Source: Candidatus Poribacteria bacterium
Lineage (GTDB): Bacteria > Poribacteria > WGA-4E > JAJDTR01
Direction: 5' to 3'
Assembly (NCBI GenBank): GCA_965222225.1
Contig: CBDCTK010000002.1
Location: forward strand, 4,160,001 to 4,224,000
DNA length: 64,000 nucleotides
Shown: positions 30,082-40,857 of the stretch, piece after piece
Position numbering within the stretch: the stretch's first letter is position 1
How the letters are laid out: each line of letters begins with the position of its first letter
Program-made: the position numbers and the translations under genes
The notes under the pieces: model-generated
What the model saw: the letters and a program-made list of their open reading frames with translations, nothing else
Database searches by the model: none
What the model was told of the DNA's origin: nothing

Positions 30082-32067
30082 CTAGTTGAGACCTTCCATT
30101 TGCGGGATTGTCACGTGATCGAGATTCGATTTCACGGCATCGCGAAATGTCTCTAAGGAGTCATTCACATTATGTCTGAGATCTGCGTGCAAGTGTTCGT
30201 ATTGTATGTGTACACGCTCCAATAGTTTATGTACATAACTCTTGATTTCATCAACACGATGACTTTGAACTTTGGCGAATCGCGAGATTATCGCCTTGAG
30301 AGCTTCTAGTTCAGTTTTCAGATACTCTTTGAAAACCGATGTCTGGAACGAATCAAGTCTGTCTTGTACGCTATATCTGAAATCCTTGTGGATATCTTCA
30401 TACGCGGTACGGACTCGAGCAAGAAGGTCATGAACGTGTGGACTAACTTCCCCAATTCGATCGCTCTGCGATTGGGCGAGTTGAGCCGCAGTCTCTTTAA
30501 AGGTGTTGAACTCCATCTCAAGGTACTGCTTGAAGTCATCGACAGCTACGGTCTGTCTCGTATTTTTCTCAAAGTGGTAACCCATGACGGCGAGTCGCAT
30601 TGCTTCAGGGAACAGAGACAGATGGTGCCTTAAGACTTTAGCTATATATCGGGCGTAGGCAGGGCCCTGTCGAGAAAACAACTGCCGCCTAATGGATTTC
30701 ATAAAAGCCATAACCTCTGTTTTTCCGATTTTTCTCACGGTGTGGTCTGTGGGCTTCAGATGTTCCAACATGGTGAGGCATCGCTCAAAGTAGTTGCTTA
30801 GGGTAGGATCGTAGAGCGTAGATACAACGCGTCGATATTCTGAGATAAGATGATCTCGCGGTAACTCCGGTTCGAAATTCAACATAACATCCGTGTTGTT
30901 TCCGGTGGATTCATTGAGTAAGCGGCCTTCATTCTCAAGCCGTTGATACAGATTTGTCCCTTTTAGCGCTGTCAACAACCCAGCCATCGCCATGGGGATC
31001 CCCGCTTCTTGAATAAACCGAATATGCGAATCAAACTCCTTGTCGCCGTCCAGTCCAATGATGAATCCACCAGTCACTTCGATGCCACACTCCTGGATTT
31101 TTCGTACGGCTTGGAGCAGATAATTCTCTGCATTTTCCTCTTTGCTTGTGTTCTGTTTCTTAACCGTTTTCTCAAGCGCCTCGTCATTGGGGCTTTCAAT
31201 TCCCAAAAAGACCATGTTGAATCCGGCGTCACTCATGGCATCCAGCATGTCAGGGATTTCGACGAGGTTAACGCTCGCTTCGGTGTACAACGAAAATGGG
31301 AATTGTCTTTCTTCTTGCCATTTGGTAACTTCGGGAAGCAGTCGCATAGCGTCGCGCTTGTTCCCGATAAAGTTGTCATCAACTACGAAAAGCGAGCCTT
31401 CCCAACCGAGGCGGTATAACATGTCAAACTCGGTCAGCATCTGTTCACTCGATTTCGTCCGAGGAACTCGTCCGAACAGCTTTGTAATGTCGCAAAACTC
31501 ACAGTCAAACGGACAGCCGCGCGAGAATTGCAGCGCCATTGATGCGTACGCTTTCAAATCAATCAGGTCATATCTCGGTGGCGGGGTCTTCGTGACATCC
31601 GGTTTTTTTGTTTCCCGATATATCTCTTTTGCTGAACCGCTCTCAAAGTCTGTTAGAAAATCTTCGAAAACATCCTCGACTTCTCCGAAAAGAAAGTGAT
31701 CGACCGTTCCATCGGCTTCCTCTCTAATATTGTCGTAATAGGACGTTGGATGCGGACCACCAGCCACGATGGGAATATTTGCCGCGTTGCATCGCCTAAC
31801 TACCTCGTAGAGTGAATCCTTCTGAACGATCATCGTGGACGTGAAAACCGCATCTGCCCACTCTAAATCAGCGTCCAACAACGGGTTCACGTTCATATCA
31901 ACAACTTTGAGTTCATAATCCTTCGGGAACATGCCTGCAATTGTTAGTAGTCCGAGAGGTGGCATGGCGGATTTCTTGCCTACAAAGTCAAGGGCAAATT
32001 TGAATCCCCAGTACGAAGGAGGGAATTCCGGATAAACAAATAGGGCTTTTCGCATATCTTTCTCCAA
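30082..32067 (-). CDS. B12-binding radical SAM protein (DUF4070 type), tandem paralog
   Basis: Same motifs; closely similar to 27943..29934 over the full length. Confidence 0.9.
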   Translation of the reverse strand: MEKDMRKALFVYPEFPPSYWGFKFALDFVGKKSAMPPLGLLTIAGMFPKDYELKVVDMNVNPLLDADLEWADAVFTSTMIVQKDSLYEVVRRCNAANIPIVAGGPHPTSYYDNIREEADGTVDHFLFGEVEDVFEDFLTDFESGSAKEIYRETKKPDVTKTPPPRYDLIDLKAYASMALQFSRGCPFDCEFCDITKLFGRVPRTKSSEQMLTEFDMLYRLGWEGSLFVVDDNFIGNKRDAMRLLPEVTKWQEERQFPFSLYTEASVNLVEIPDMLDAMSDAGFNMVFLGIESPNDEALEKTVKKQNTSKEENAENYLLQAVRKIQECGIEVTGGFIIGLDGDKEFDSHIRFIQEAGIPMAMAGLLTALKGTNLYQRLENEGRLLNESTGNNTDVMLNFEPELPRDHLISEYRRVVSTLYDPTLSNYFERCLTMLEHLKPTDHTVRKIGKTEVMAFMKSIRRQLFSRQGPAYARYIAKVLRHHLSLFPEAMRLAVMGYHFEKNTRQTVAVDDFKQYLEMEFNTFKETAAQLAQSQSDRIGEVSPHVHDLLARVRTAYEDIHKDFRYSVQDRLDSFQTSVFKEYLKTELEALKAIISRFAKVQSHRVDEIKSYVHKLLERVHIQYEHLHADLRHNVNDSLETFRDAVKSNLDHVTIPQMEGLN

Positions 32068-32155
32068 AAGGTGAAAATCGCTAGTTCAATTACTGTTCAA
32101 TTGTGTACACAGTACACAATAATTTATATCAATTCTTGTTAGTGAAGTCCGGAAC

Positions 32156-32730
32156 TTATACTCTAGCCACACTGCCTTCAAACTGTTTGCCGAGCTGTTT
32201 CTTTGCTTCTTTCAGGCGGCTGTATACAGTGCTTACTGGAATATTCAGCCGCTGACCGATTTCGGATGCGGAATAGCCACACATGTAAAACTCGTAGACC
32301 ACTTGGCGGTACCTCGGGGAAAGCGCATCAACAGCGTACCGAACTTTCTCGGTAAGTCCGCGGTGAAGCGTCGCCAACACTGCCGATTCTTGAAGATTCC
32401 ATGACTTCAACTCGTGGGTCAATCGTGAGATTCTGCACTGCTGGCTTTTTAGCCAATCCTTTGCAGTATTTCGGGCAATCCTGGCAATCCAACCTTCAAG
32501 GTGATATGGCGGCTTCAACTTTCCGATTGCTTGATAGACCTTAATCCATGTTTCCTGCGCTAAATCCTCAATGTCGTGCCTGTTTTTTGTGAAGGCGCGA
32601 ATATTTCGGACGACATGCTGTTGATAACGTTCTACTAGGTCCGGAAATGCGTCTTTACTCCGCTGGGCATTCCTGATTAGGGGGTCAATACATTGATAAT
32701 TCACGGATAATTCACGGATTTCGTATCCAT
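32156..32730 (-). CDS. ECF sigma-70 factor; 5' end disrupted by an 11-bp tandem duplication
   Basis: DLAQETWIKVY (region 2), WIARIARN, EIGQRLNIPVSTVYSRL (region 4). ATG at 32730 is out of frame because ATAATTCACGG is doubled; GTG at 32704 is in frame. Confidence 0.8.
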
Positions 32731-33005
32731 AGTGTTTTATTTGTAGCTGTTACCGATTACATTAAGACGTAGGCTTTCATATAATATAAACGACATTGTC
32801 ACAAGGAATTAGGGGTAGCGTCCAGATTTTTTTCGCACGACTCAATGAAAAGGTTCGCAAAGTAATAACAACGAAATGCACAGTCTCCGAATCAAATTTC
32901 TGCTGCTGCACACAACCACATCATACATGTTATCACAACTTACGTATTATCTCAAGACAAATTTCTTGTTGGAGATTGGTCAATGTGTTAGAATTCTAGC
33001 ATTAG

Positions 33006-34934
33006 TTGTGCCGAATAAGGAGACAAGTGAAGATGCGGCGCCGGACCGAGAAAACAACGCATCATACGAAACATCTACCATTGGGCGTTTTGCACGGGTT
33101 GTATGTGCAATTGTTCCCGAGTTGCCTACTTGGTTTTCTGCTCATTTTCATTCAGCATGCTGCGAAATGTGATGTGACCAATCCTGTCCTTCCTGATGAT
33201 AAGACTACATATCTGATTCGGCAAATTTCCTTCCGGGGAAATAAGAACGTTGATCGAAAGGCGTTGTCAAGGGTATTCGGCGTACTCGCTGGAAAACCCT
33301 ATCACCGTGAAAAAGTAATGGCGGGATTGACGAGAATCATGAGCACATACAAAAATGCCGGATTTGTGTTCGCATCAATTAGTCCCGAAGTTGTACCAGT
33401 GTCCATTGATCAGGTACATGTCCGAATACAAATAGACGAGGGCGATCAAATCCGAACGGGACAGATTACCATGAGTGGGAATAGGTTGTTCCCCACCTCG
33501 GATCTGCAACGTGAGCTAAACCTACAGCATGAAACACCTTTTAGTCAAATTGCTTTGGAAAGTGGAATTGACCGAATTCTAGCACTATATAGTGAACACG
33601 GACACCCGAAGGCACAAATCAATTTATCCGAATTTCAACTCTTGCCTGACCACGGCAAAGTTGATTTTCACCTAAACGTACATGAAGGGGATAAAGTTCG
33701 TATTGGTGAAATCAAGTTCACAGGTCTAAAGAAAACAAAGTCTAGTGTTGTTTTGCGTGAGTTACCCATCGAAGTCGGCGATGTTTTCAATCAGCGTAAG
33801 ATTGACCAAAGTCTTCGACGCCTTACGAATCTTGGATATTTTTACGAAGTGAATCCTTTGGTGCTTGAAGAGGGAAAAACACAAGACACAATAATCTTTC
33901 ACGCGCAAATGACGGAAGCACGCACCGGTCGGTTTAGTGGTATTATCGGCTACGCTCCGCCCTCATCGGAGGTTGACGATGCCCCAAGGCTAACCGGGAC
34001 TATTGAGGCAAGCGAAAACAACCTATTCGGCACTGGACGCAGAGCAAACTTCTTTTGGAAATCGGGCCTGCTCAAAACGCTGCGATTTGGCTATCGGGAG
34101 CCTTGGGCATTCGGAAAACCCGCTAGTATAGGCGTGGAATACGCTCAACTGAAGCAACGGAATCAATTCACCGACGCGGAATCCGAGGAACAATCCGGCA
34201 GTCTGACAATTAGCACACAGATCCACGAGGCTTTTGAAGGTGCGTTGGCAATCTCCTATAAGCGAATTAATTCCGCGGCAGTGGGCCCTTCGCTACCCGT
34301 GCCCACAGGTCCGGTTGATTTGCTTCCTAGCTCCAACCGTTCATTTTCCCAGTTTCCGCGGAACGACTCTTTTGACGTTAAGGCACAGAACGGCGTCAAG
34401 TACGGTGTCACCTTCAGTCTCATGCGCGACAGTAGGAATTACTTTCTGAATCCTACGCGGGGGCGCCGAGATTCGGTGGCTTTTGAGTTTTCGCGAGGAG
34501 ACTTTAGACTCCAAAAGTTGTGGGCGGATTTCCAACAGTACCTTCCAACGTGGCGAAAGCAGGTTATTGCAATTGGTGTGCATGCTGCTACGACTTGGGG
34601 AGCCAACATCCCTCCGACGGAGCTCTTTTACCTTGGTGGTGCGAACACGCTGCGCGGTTATGACGAAGATTGGTTCTCGGGACCACGTCGCGTCTACGCA
34701 AACTTTGAATACAGATTAATTGTTGAGCGTGCCTCAAGAATCTTCATGTTCGTCGATTTTGGATCTGTGACACAGGTCAACCAACCGTCTGTCTTCGACC
34801 CGCTTCGCGTTGGTTACGGTTTCGGCATGCGATTGGAATCGCGAGGGGGTCTGCTGCGTATAGACTACGGACTTGCGGAAGGCAGCTCCGCGCTTCAAGG
34901 CAAGATTCATGTAAATCTCGGAACATCCTTCTAA
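33006..34934 (+). CDS. BamA/TamA (Omp85) family outer membrane protein
   Basis: POTRA-like repeats (I.F.GN), NLFGTG, FYLGGANTLRGY, C-terminal F. Start uncertain. Confidence 0.88.
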   Translation: MCRIRRQVKMRRRTEKTTHHTKHLPLGVLHGLYVQLFPSCLLGFLLIFIQHAAKCDVTNPVLPDDKTTYLIRQISFRGNKNVDRKALSRVFGVLAGKPYHREKVMAGLTRIMSTYKNAGFVFASISPEVVPVSIDQVHVRIQIDEGDQIRTGQITMSGNRLFPTSDLQRELNLQHETPFSQIALESGIDRILALYSEHGHPKAQINLSEFQLLPDHGKVDFHLNVHEGDKVRIGEIKFTGLKKTKSSVVLRELPIEVGDVFNQRKIDQSLRRLTNLGYFYEVNPLVLEEGKTQDTIIFHAQMTEARTGRFSGIIGYAPPSSEVDDAPRLTGTIEASENNLFGTGRRANFFWKSGLLKTLRFGYREPWAFGKPASIGVEYAQLKQRNQFTDAESEEQSGSLTISTQIHEAFEGALAISYKRINSAAVGPSLPVPTGPVDLLPSSNRSFSQFPRNDSFDVKAQNGVKYGVTFSLMRDSRNYFLNPTRGRRDSVAFEFSRGDFRLQKLWADFQQYLPTWRKQVIAIGVHAATTWGANIPPTELFYLGGANTLRGYDEDWFSGPRRVYANFEYRLIVERASRIFMFVDFGSVTQVNQPSVFDPLRVGYGFGMRLESRGGLLRIDYGLAEGSSALQGKIHVNLGTSF

Positions 34935-35088
34935 GCTATCGGCAACACGAAATTGAAACGGATTCGAAGAGAAGAAATGGTAAGGTTGCCCTGCCTGTAG
35001 CACCTCAATCGGAAGCCTGAACCAAAAACAAGAATCTATTTCTAACCAACATTCTTAGCAGATTGGCAACAGCCAACAAGGAGGACGA

Positions 35089-35478
35089 ATGGCAATCAAC
35101 AACATCCACAAAATAGCTTTGGTGACAGACGATGTCGAAGCTGCTGTCAACTTCTATACCCAAACATTGGGGCTTGAAGTCATGGAACGCTTCCCCAACG
35201 AAGACGATGACGACTATGCCTTTCTTAGGGCAGGAGACATCATCCTAGAACTCATGCCGCAAAAAACCACCCAAGCGGATTTAGGTTTCCACCACATTTC
35301 TTTCAAGGTTGACAGTGTGGACGACAGCGCCCAGGAATTGAAGGACAAGGGAGTAGAACTTGAAGAAGAACCGTTCGATGCGGGAGACACCGGAATTCGT
35401 CTGTCATTCTTGAGAGGTCCAAATGAGATGCTTTTGCAATTATTTCATCGAAGTCTGCCAGACTCGAAACAAAGTTAA
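35089..35478 (+). CDS. VOC/glyoxalase family protein
   Basis: IHKIALVTDDVEAAVNFY, ILELM, FHHISFKVD; AGGAGG RBS. Confidence 0.88.
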   Translation: MAINNIHKIALVTDDVEAAVNFYTQTLGLEVMERFPNEDDDDYAFLRAGDIILELMPQKTTQADLGFHHISFKVDSVDDSAQELKDKGVELEEEPFDAGDTGIRLSFLRGPNEMLLQLFHRSLPDSKQS

Positions 35479-35656
35479 ATGATAGTTACAGTGGAGTAAA
35501 TTCGCGCTTTGGGACCCACGTGTCAATTTTGAAGATGGTACCGTTTTTCCAAGTTCACCAACCTTTTTCATCATGCGTTTCCGAGGGTGTCTTCCTCTAG
35601 GAGTTTGAAACAGACCAAGAAGACATTTCACGTAAAATTTACACCACTAAGGTCAC

Positions 35657-36493
35657 TTATTTCTCTCCCTTGCGAACCTTTTCTTGGGTTTTATTATAGC
35701 GTTTCTCCATCTCAGGTACCTGGCATTTCAAATATTCTTGTTCGGAAGACCGTGCCACTTCAAGCGAAGGAGGAATCGGTATATCAATGACTGCAGTGGT
35801 GATTTGATCGTTGCCCCACTTGTAAGCAACAATCTCTCCTTTGCTGATAATGAGATTCAGTCCTACATTTGCTTCAACAATCGGCACGCCGTTCTCCCGC
35901 GCCCGTGCCAAAACAGTTTCGTTCTGTGCTTTGAGTTTGGAACCGTACGAAGGGATAAAAATTAGGGCGGCACCGTCAAGCACGAGCGTGCGCGTGATTA
36001 GTGGATTCCAACGATCATTGCAAATGACAATGCCGGCACGACCAAGAGGAGTGTCAAACGCGCGAAGCGTATTACCAATGCGATTGAAATTCCACGATGG
36101 ATGAGTACCTTCAGCCAACTGAGTTTTATGGTACCTTCCACAAATTTCGCCGTTGTCGTCAATAAACACGCCGCAGTTGTAAACATCGCCACCTAGGCGT
36201 TCGGCAAAACCGAAGCATAAACAGGTATTCAGACTTTTGGCAAGACGCTGGAAACGCCGGATGTAAGGACCGTCGATCGGTTCAGCGATTTCAAGCATCG
36301 CCTCCGCCTTTTCCGGATGGTAGATTACATCCATGATCACGTAACCTTCCAGTGCACCCTCCGTGGTCAGAATCACATGTGGCTTCGCTTTAGCCGCTTG
36401 AACAAAGAATGCTTCCATCTTGTCGGCATTTGCAACTTTATCCCATTTCGCAGGCTTGAGTGAGATGGCTGCCACTTTGACTGAGTTATACAT
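35657..36493 (-). CDS. Carbon-nitrogen hydrolase (nitrilase superfamily)
   Basis: E (TTEG), K (YHKT), C (ICND) catalytic triad. Confidence 0.88.
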   Translation of the reverse strand: MYNSVKVAAISLKPAKWDKVANADKMEAFFVQAAKAKPHVILTTEGALEGYVIMDVIYHPEKAEAMLEIAEPIDGPYIRRFQRLAKSLNTCLCFGFAERLGGDVYNCGVFIDDNGEICGRYHKTQLAEGTHPSWNFNRIGNTLRAFDTPLGRAGIVICNDRWNPLITRTLVLDGAALIFIPSYGSKLKAQNETVLARARENGVPIVEANVGLNLIISKGEIVAYKWGNDQITTAVIDIPIPPSLEVARSSEQEYLKCQVPEMEKRYNKTQEKVRKGEK

Positions 36494-37185
36494 GATTTGA
36501 CTGCCTCATTTGTAACAATGGTATGGGGAATCAATTCGATAGTATGGAAAGTGTCGAGTAATATGACGCTTTTCGCTGAAAACCGAAACCTCAAGTTATC
36601 CGTGGAGTGCATACGGTTCAGAATCATCCTCGGATTTACGTGGAACGATGGATTTTGGCGTGGTCACTCCCTCTTACTCAACACTCATTAAGGCATCCGA
36701 CGTGTTACGGCGTGATTGTAATTTTTCCGATTTCACCCATTGATAGACGCATTTTTTTGCGAATATAGTTCCCAAGCCGGTTGAACCATCGTGGAGATAT
36801 TGCCAACACTTTCTACATCAATGTATTCTAATCGATCCCATTTAAATAATCAAGAAAAATGAGAATCTACGCACCAATTCCGGTGTTCTTTGGTTTCCTC
36901 GTATTAGTTGCGGATGTCTGGGCAATATCTATTGATTTTCTCTTTGATTTTGGTATACTAACGTGAGTTTGAGGCAAGCATACAGTGCCAAGCAGTGCCA
37001 AGATTGGACAGTCAAGGATGCTAACATGGCAAAGTAATGCTTGTTCTTATCTGCAAGTTTCGTAGTTCGGTAAACGTTGTACCATCGATTCACCATAGTG
37101 GAACGTTGGGGAGACGTTTACGAGAATGATTTTGTCACAATACACTTTCAAAAACACGATGTGCGACTTACCAAGGGGAGGGTCT

Positions 37186-38083
37186 ATGGCTATTGACGTT
37201 TGCGCCGACGAAGTATTGGATCTTATTGATGCTGACGCGCAGGTAGAAAAATTGGGCACAGGTTGTCAATTCACCGAAGGACCGGTATGGAATTCAATGG
37301 GTGGATTCCTGGTGTTCAGCGACATTCCCGCGAATCAGATGAAGAAGTGGACGCCTGAATCCGGGATTATCAATTTCCGTGTGCCATCAGGCAAATCCAA
37401 TGGCTTGACTTACGATAGGCAAGGACGGCTTATTTCATGTGAACATGCGAATCGTCGCGTATCACGAACCGAAGTTGACGGAGAAATTGTCACAATCGCA
37501 TCACATTACGATGGCAAGCGTTTGAACAGTCCGAACGATGTTGTTGTAAAGTCGGATGGCAGTATCTATTTCACCGATCCACCCTACGGATTAACCGCAG
37601 AATACGGGATGCTAGGAAAACAGGAGTTAGGTTTTCAAGGAGTCTATCGACTCTCGCCTGACGGCGATAATTTAGCGCTTCTAAGCGCTTCTAATTGATG
37701 ATTTCGATCGCCCAAACGGACTTTGCTTCGCTCCAGATGAGTCAATTCTCTACATCAACGATTCATCGGGTCGGTCGCATGTCAGGGCTTTCGATGTCCA
37801 GCCCGATGGTACAATCGCAAACGGACGACTCTTTGCTGATGTCGTGGGTGAGGGCGGAGCCCCTGATGGAATGAAGGCGGACCAAGAAGGGAATGTCTAT
37901 GCGACAGGCCCTCGTGGTGTTTGGATTTTCGATGCATCCGGGAAGCACCTAGGTGTCATTGAAACACCCGAAGGTGCAACTAATTTCGCTTGGGGGGAGT
38001 CTGACTGGAAGACGCTGTACATCGCGGCTAAGACGTCACTTTATCGCGTAAGGTGCAAGGTTGCGGGAATTCCTGTTTTTTGA
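37186..38083 (+). pseudogene. SMP-30/gluconolactonase, frameshifted by a 10-bp tandem duplication
   Basis: FTEGPVW, NSPND, YFTDP ... PNG, PDG. AGCGCTTCTA is doubled at 37674-37693; removing one copy restores NLALLIDDFDRPNG. Confidence 0.92.
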
Positions 38084-38135
38084 AATCACGATCAATGCCA
38101 AACTGAAATTGTGCCTACTTAACGAAAATGACGAA

Positions 38136-38163
38136 CACCCTAGTTGAATGATCAACTAGGGTG
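38136..38163. terminator. 12-bp stem-loop between convergent units
   Basis: CACCCTAGTTGA-ATGA-TCAACTAGGGTG. Confidence 0.6.
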
Positions 38164-38276
38164 GCAGGCAATATCCAACTTTTGTACTTTACGATATGCT
38201 AGGCTTGTGATAGTATAAAAATATTGGCGGCCATACTTACGACTCATTGACAGAATCTGTACTACAAACCGAATCT

Positions 38277-39076
38277 GAGAGTGTTCACACAAAGATAGAT
38301 AAGGCAATCTTCTGATACCGACGGAAGACCTCTGGGTCGCTCAAAGCAGTCCATAACTTCATGGCATTGTCCACCATCTCAAGTTTCTTGGATACTATTT
38401 TGGTGCGGCGTGTGAATCGTCCAAGATGATGGCGTGTATTGCTGTTATCACGTTTGACTGTTGCTGTCCCTGATTTCCCGATGTGATGACGCTCCGCAGG
38501 AAGTACCTTGGCAAACGCTTCCCAATTGTCAGTGTAATACTGGCAATCACTTAAGTGTTTCACTTTGTCGAATAGCCGTCTGAAGGTATGAGCATCACGA
38601 CCACCGATAACCCAGGCAACGGTTTTGCCTGTTTCACGAGAAACTGCTTTGTGAATCCATCTTTTGTTTTTTTTGACCCGATAAAATGCCACATCTCATC
38701 AAATTCCAATTCACGGGTATTGATTGGAATCTCAGGCTCCGACAACAGGGCTGCTTCCTTTGCAAGCCATTTTTGAACAGTACTTGGCGATACATTAAAC
38801 AAGTTGGCAATAGTGCCATAAGATGCTTTTGCAAGGGAGTAGAGAATTACTGCAAAAGCACGCTTGATGGTGGTTTGAGGGTTGGTTCTCTCGTCTCCCT
38901 CAACGAAATTATAACCGCACGTTTTACAACGGTATCGCTGTTTGGAACGAACGAATCCGTTTTTCGTGACTTCCGAACTTTGACAGTTCTTACAGTTTGA
39001 CATAATATCTCCTTCCTGACCTTTCTGGTTAGTTAGAGGAATTATATCATAAATCTATCTATATGGCAATACTCTC
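38277..39076 (-). mobile_element. IS1-family insertion sequence (InsA 38560..39003, InsB from about 38692 to 38285, -1 frameshift)
   Basis: InsA zinc finger CKNC..KNG..QRYRCKTC plus HTH; DEMW..KKN.RW, YTDNW, NSNTRH DDE-type motifs; A8C slippery site at 38666-38674; short inverted ends GAGAGTRTT. Confidence 0.9.
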
Positions 39077-39120
39077 CAAAATGTAACACTGCCTTTTGGA
39101 TTACATAACGGAATACACGA

Positions 39121-40347
39121 ATGCAGGTAAATCGAGAGCGGTTCCTGGAACAGGGGTACCTAATCCTTCGAAACGTCGTCCCGCCAAATGAGTTGAAGGG
39201 ATTGCGAAAAAGTTACGAGATTCTCGTGGAACGCCAGCGGGCAATATGGGCACGAGATCGATTGCCTGACGACCTGCCCGGCGGCGTTTGGGAGAGTTCT
39301 CCCCAGCCACGATTGATTCTCAATTCCGGAAGAGAGAATGGTTCACCGCTAATCGACCGTGAGACTGCCAATGCAGTGGAGTTCTGGCTTCATGAAAATA
39401 CGCAGGGCGTCAGCAGCCAATTGATGGACGTGAACGACGCCGCAGTCACCGAGATGTTCCTGATGTGCAACCCTGTGCGCGACCGTGGACCTGCAAACTG
39501 GCACCGAGACATCCATCCAATTGACACCGCACCGCTGATGGGTTATATTGAAGACATTAAGGAGAACGGACCTAGCTACGTACAATTGAACATTCCGCTC
39601 TATGATGACGAGGTGCTTTGGGTTGTGCCCGGCAGCCACATCCGACTCAACACCGAAGAGGAGAATTGCCAGTTACTGGAAAATCCGCATGCACCGCTCC
39701 GTAGCGGCATTCAGACGCACTTGGCAGCAGGGGATGGTGTTGTCTACATTACCCCAATCCTTCACTGGGGGAGTAACTACAGCACTAAGCTACGTCGTAC
39801 TATCCACGGTGGATTTGCAAGATGGGGAAGGACCTATTACGAGAATCTGGACTTCGCGCAGTACCTTAATCTCGGAGCGCGCGAAACCATCGAAAGGTGG
39901 GCATGCCGCAGCGCAGAGGCACAGGATTGCACTGAAGCGGCGCTTCGTGCAGTAATTTCCAAAGACGGAACCACATTTCGACAATGTATTGAGAGAATAC
40001 ACCCGGGTGTTGGCGAAAATGGAAAAAGGCTGCAGACAGTTTTCCTGTGTAAAGCCGCCATTCATATTCATTGCACGAAACGCCCCAATCTCCCAATTGT
40101 ACCGGAAGACCTTAGCAATCGGGGAAAGCGGGCGCATTCGCTGACTCTCAATTGGGGGCCACAATTCGCGGATCGCTTTACATTGGAGGAGGCAGACGCG
40201 CTCTGGGCAAGGTTCGAGGGCCTAGATGCCGCACTGCAACAAGATGAAGAACACTTTTCCCCGGGCTTTCAGTCGGGACCAATGCGCTACAACTTCAATG
40301 AGATGCCGGCCGACTTCCATCTCGACGATTTCATCGCAAGCTGGTGA
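39121..40347 (+). CDS. PhyH-like Fe(II)/2OG dioxygenase with C-terminal extension
   Basis: FLEQGYLILRNV, WHRD, VVPGSH, LHWG..RR. Confidence 0.85.
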   Translation: MQVNRERFLEQGYLILRNVVPPNELKGLRKSYEILVERQRAIWARDRLPDDLPGGVWESSPQPRLILNSGRENGSPLIDRETANAVEFWLHENTQGVSSQLMDVNDAAVTEMFLMCNPVRDRGPANWHRDIHPIDTAPLMGYIEDIKENGPSYVQLNIPLYDDEVLWVVPGSHIRLNTEEENCQLLENPHAPLRSGIQTHLAAGDGVVYITPILHWGSNYSTKLRRTIHGGFARWGRTYYENLDFAQYLNLGARETIERWACRSAEAQDCTEAALRAVISKDGTTFRQCIERIHPGVGENGKRLQTVFLCKAAIHIHCTKRPNLPIVPEDLSNRGKRAHSLTLNWGPQFADRFTLEEADALWARFEGLDAALQQDEEHFSPGFQSGPMRYNFNEMPADFHLDDFIASW

Positions 40348-40448
40348 GTGCCTCTGTCATCTGGGTTACTATCAGTTGTATTAACAAGCTATTTCGAGTC
40401 GGGTTATTCGGGTTATAGGGACCGCACGACTTTTGATTCAAGAGCGCT

Positions 40449-40820
40449 ATGGCCGTTGACAAACTGCAGATACAGGAATGGCTGGAGAAATTCCGAGATG
40501 GAACGCTAACGGAAGATGATTTCCAACGGGTGTTGCACCGTTTGAACGATCAGCCCCGAGAAAGAAAAAGACAGCAGAAATTGCTGTATTTGCACACGAG
40601 CACGACTGGCGTAGATTCCGAAGTGCTTGCCATGGCACTAGTGGACAATGGTCAAATCTTTGAGGGGCCGGGAGATCCCGCGGAGTGGCCCTATAACTCA
40701 GTGATTTCGGCAATAGACGATGGATGGCGCGTCATCAAATTCCCCGAAATGGCGCTACTTCTTCAGGAGGATAAAACATTTGGCCTCGGCTGCGAATTCA
40801 TCCTTGAGAAATTGGAGTGA
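40449..40820 (+). CDS. Conserved hypothetical protein
   Basis: Clean 123-aa ORF within the co-directional run; protein-like PYNSVISAIDDGWRVIKFP...CEFILEK. Confidence 0.7.
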   Translation: MAVDKLQIQEWLEKFRDGTLTEDDFQRVLHRLNDQPRERKRQQKLLYLHTSTTGVDSEVLAMALVDNGQIFEGPGDPAEWPYNSVISAIDDGWRVIKFPEMALLLQEDKTFGLGCEFILEKLE

Positions 40821-40857
40821 ACCTACTGCCGTACTTGGTGAATCAGAGGATGTTTCC

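Noticed and set aside
27943-32067. Diversity-generating retroelement or assembly duplication behind the tandem radical SAM genes
   Set aside because: No reverse transcriptase; the paralogs differ throughout, including at synonymous sites, without an obvious adenine-specific pattern.
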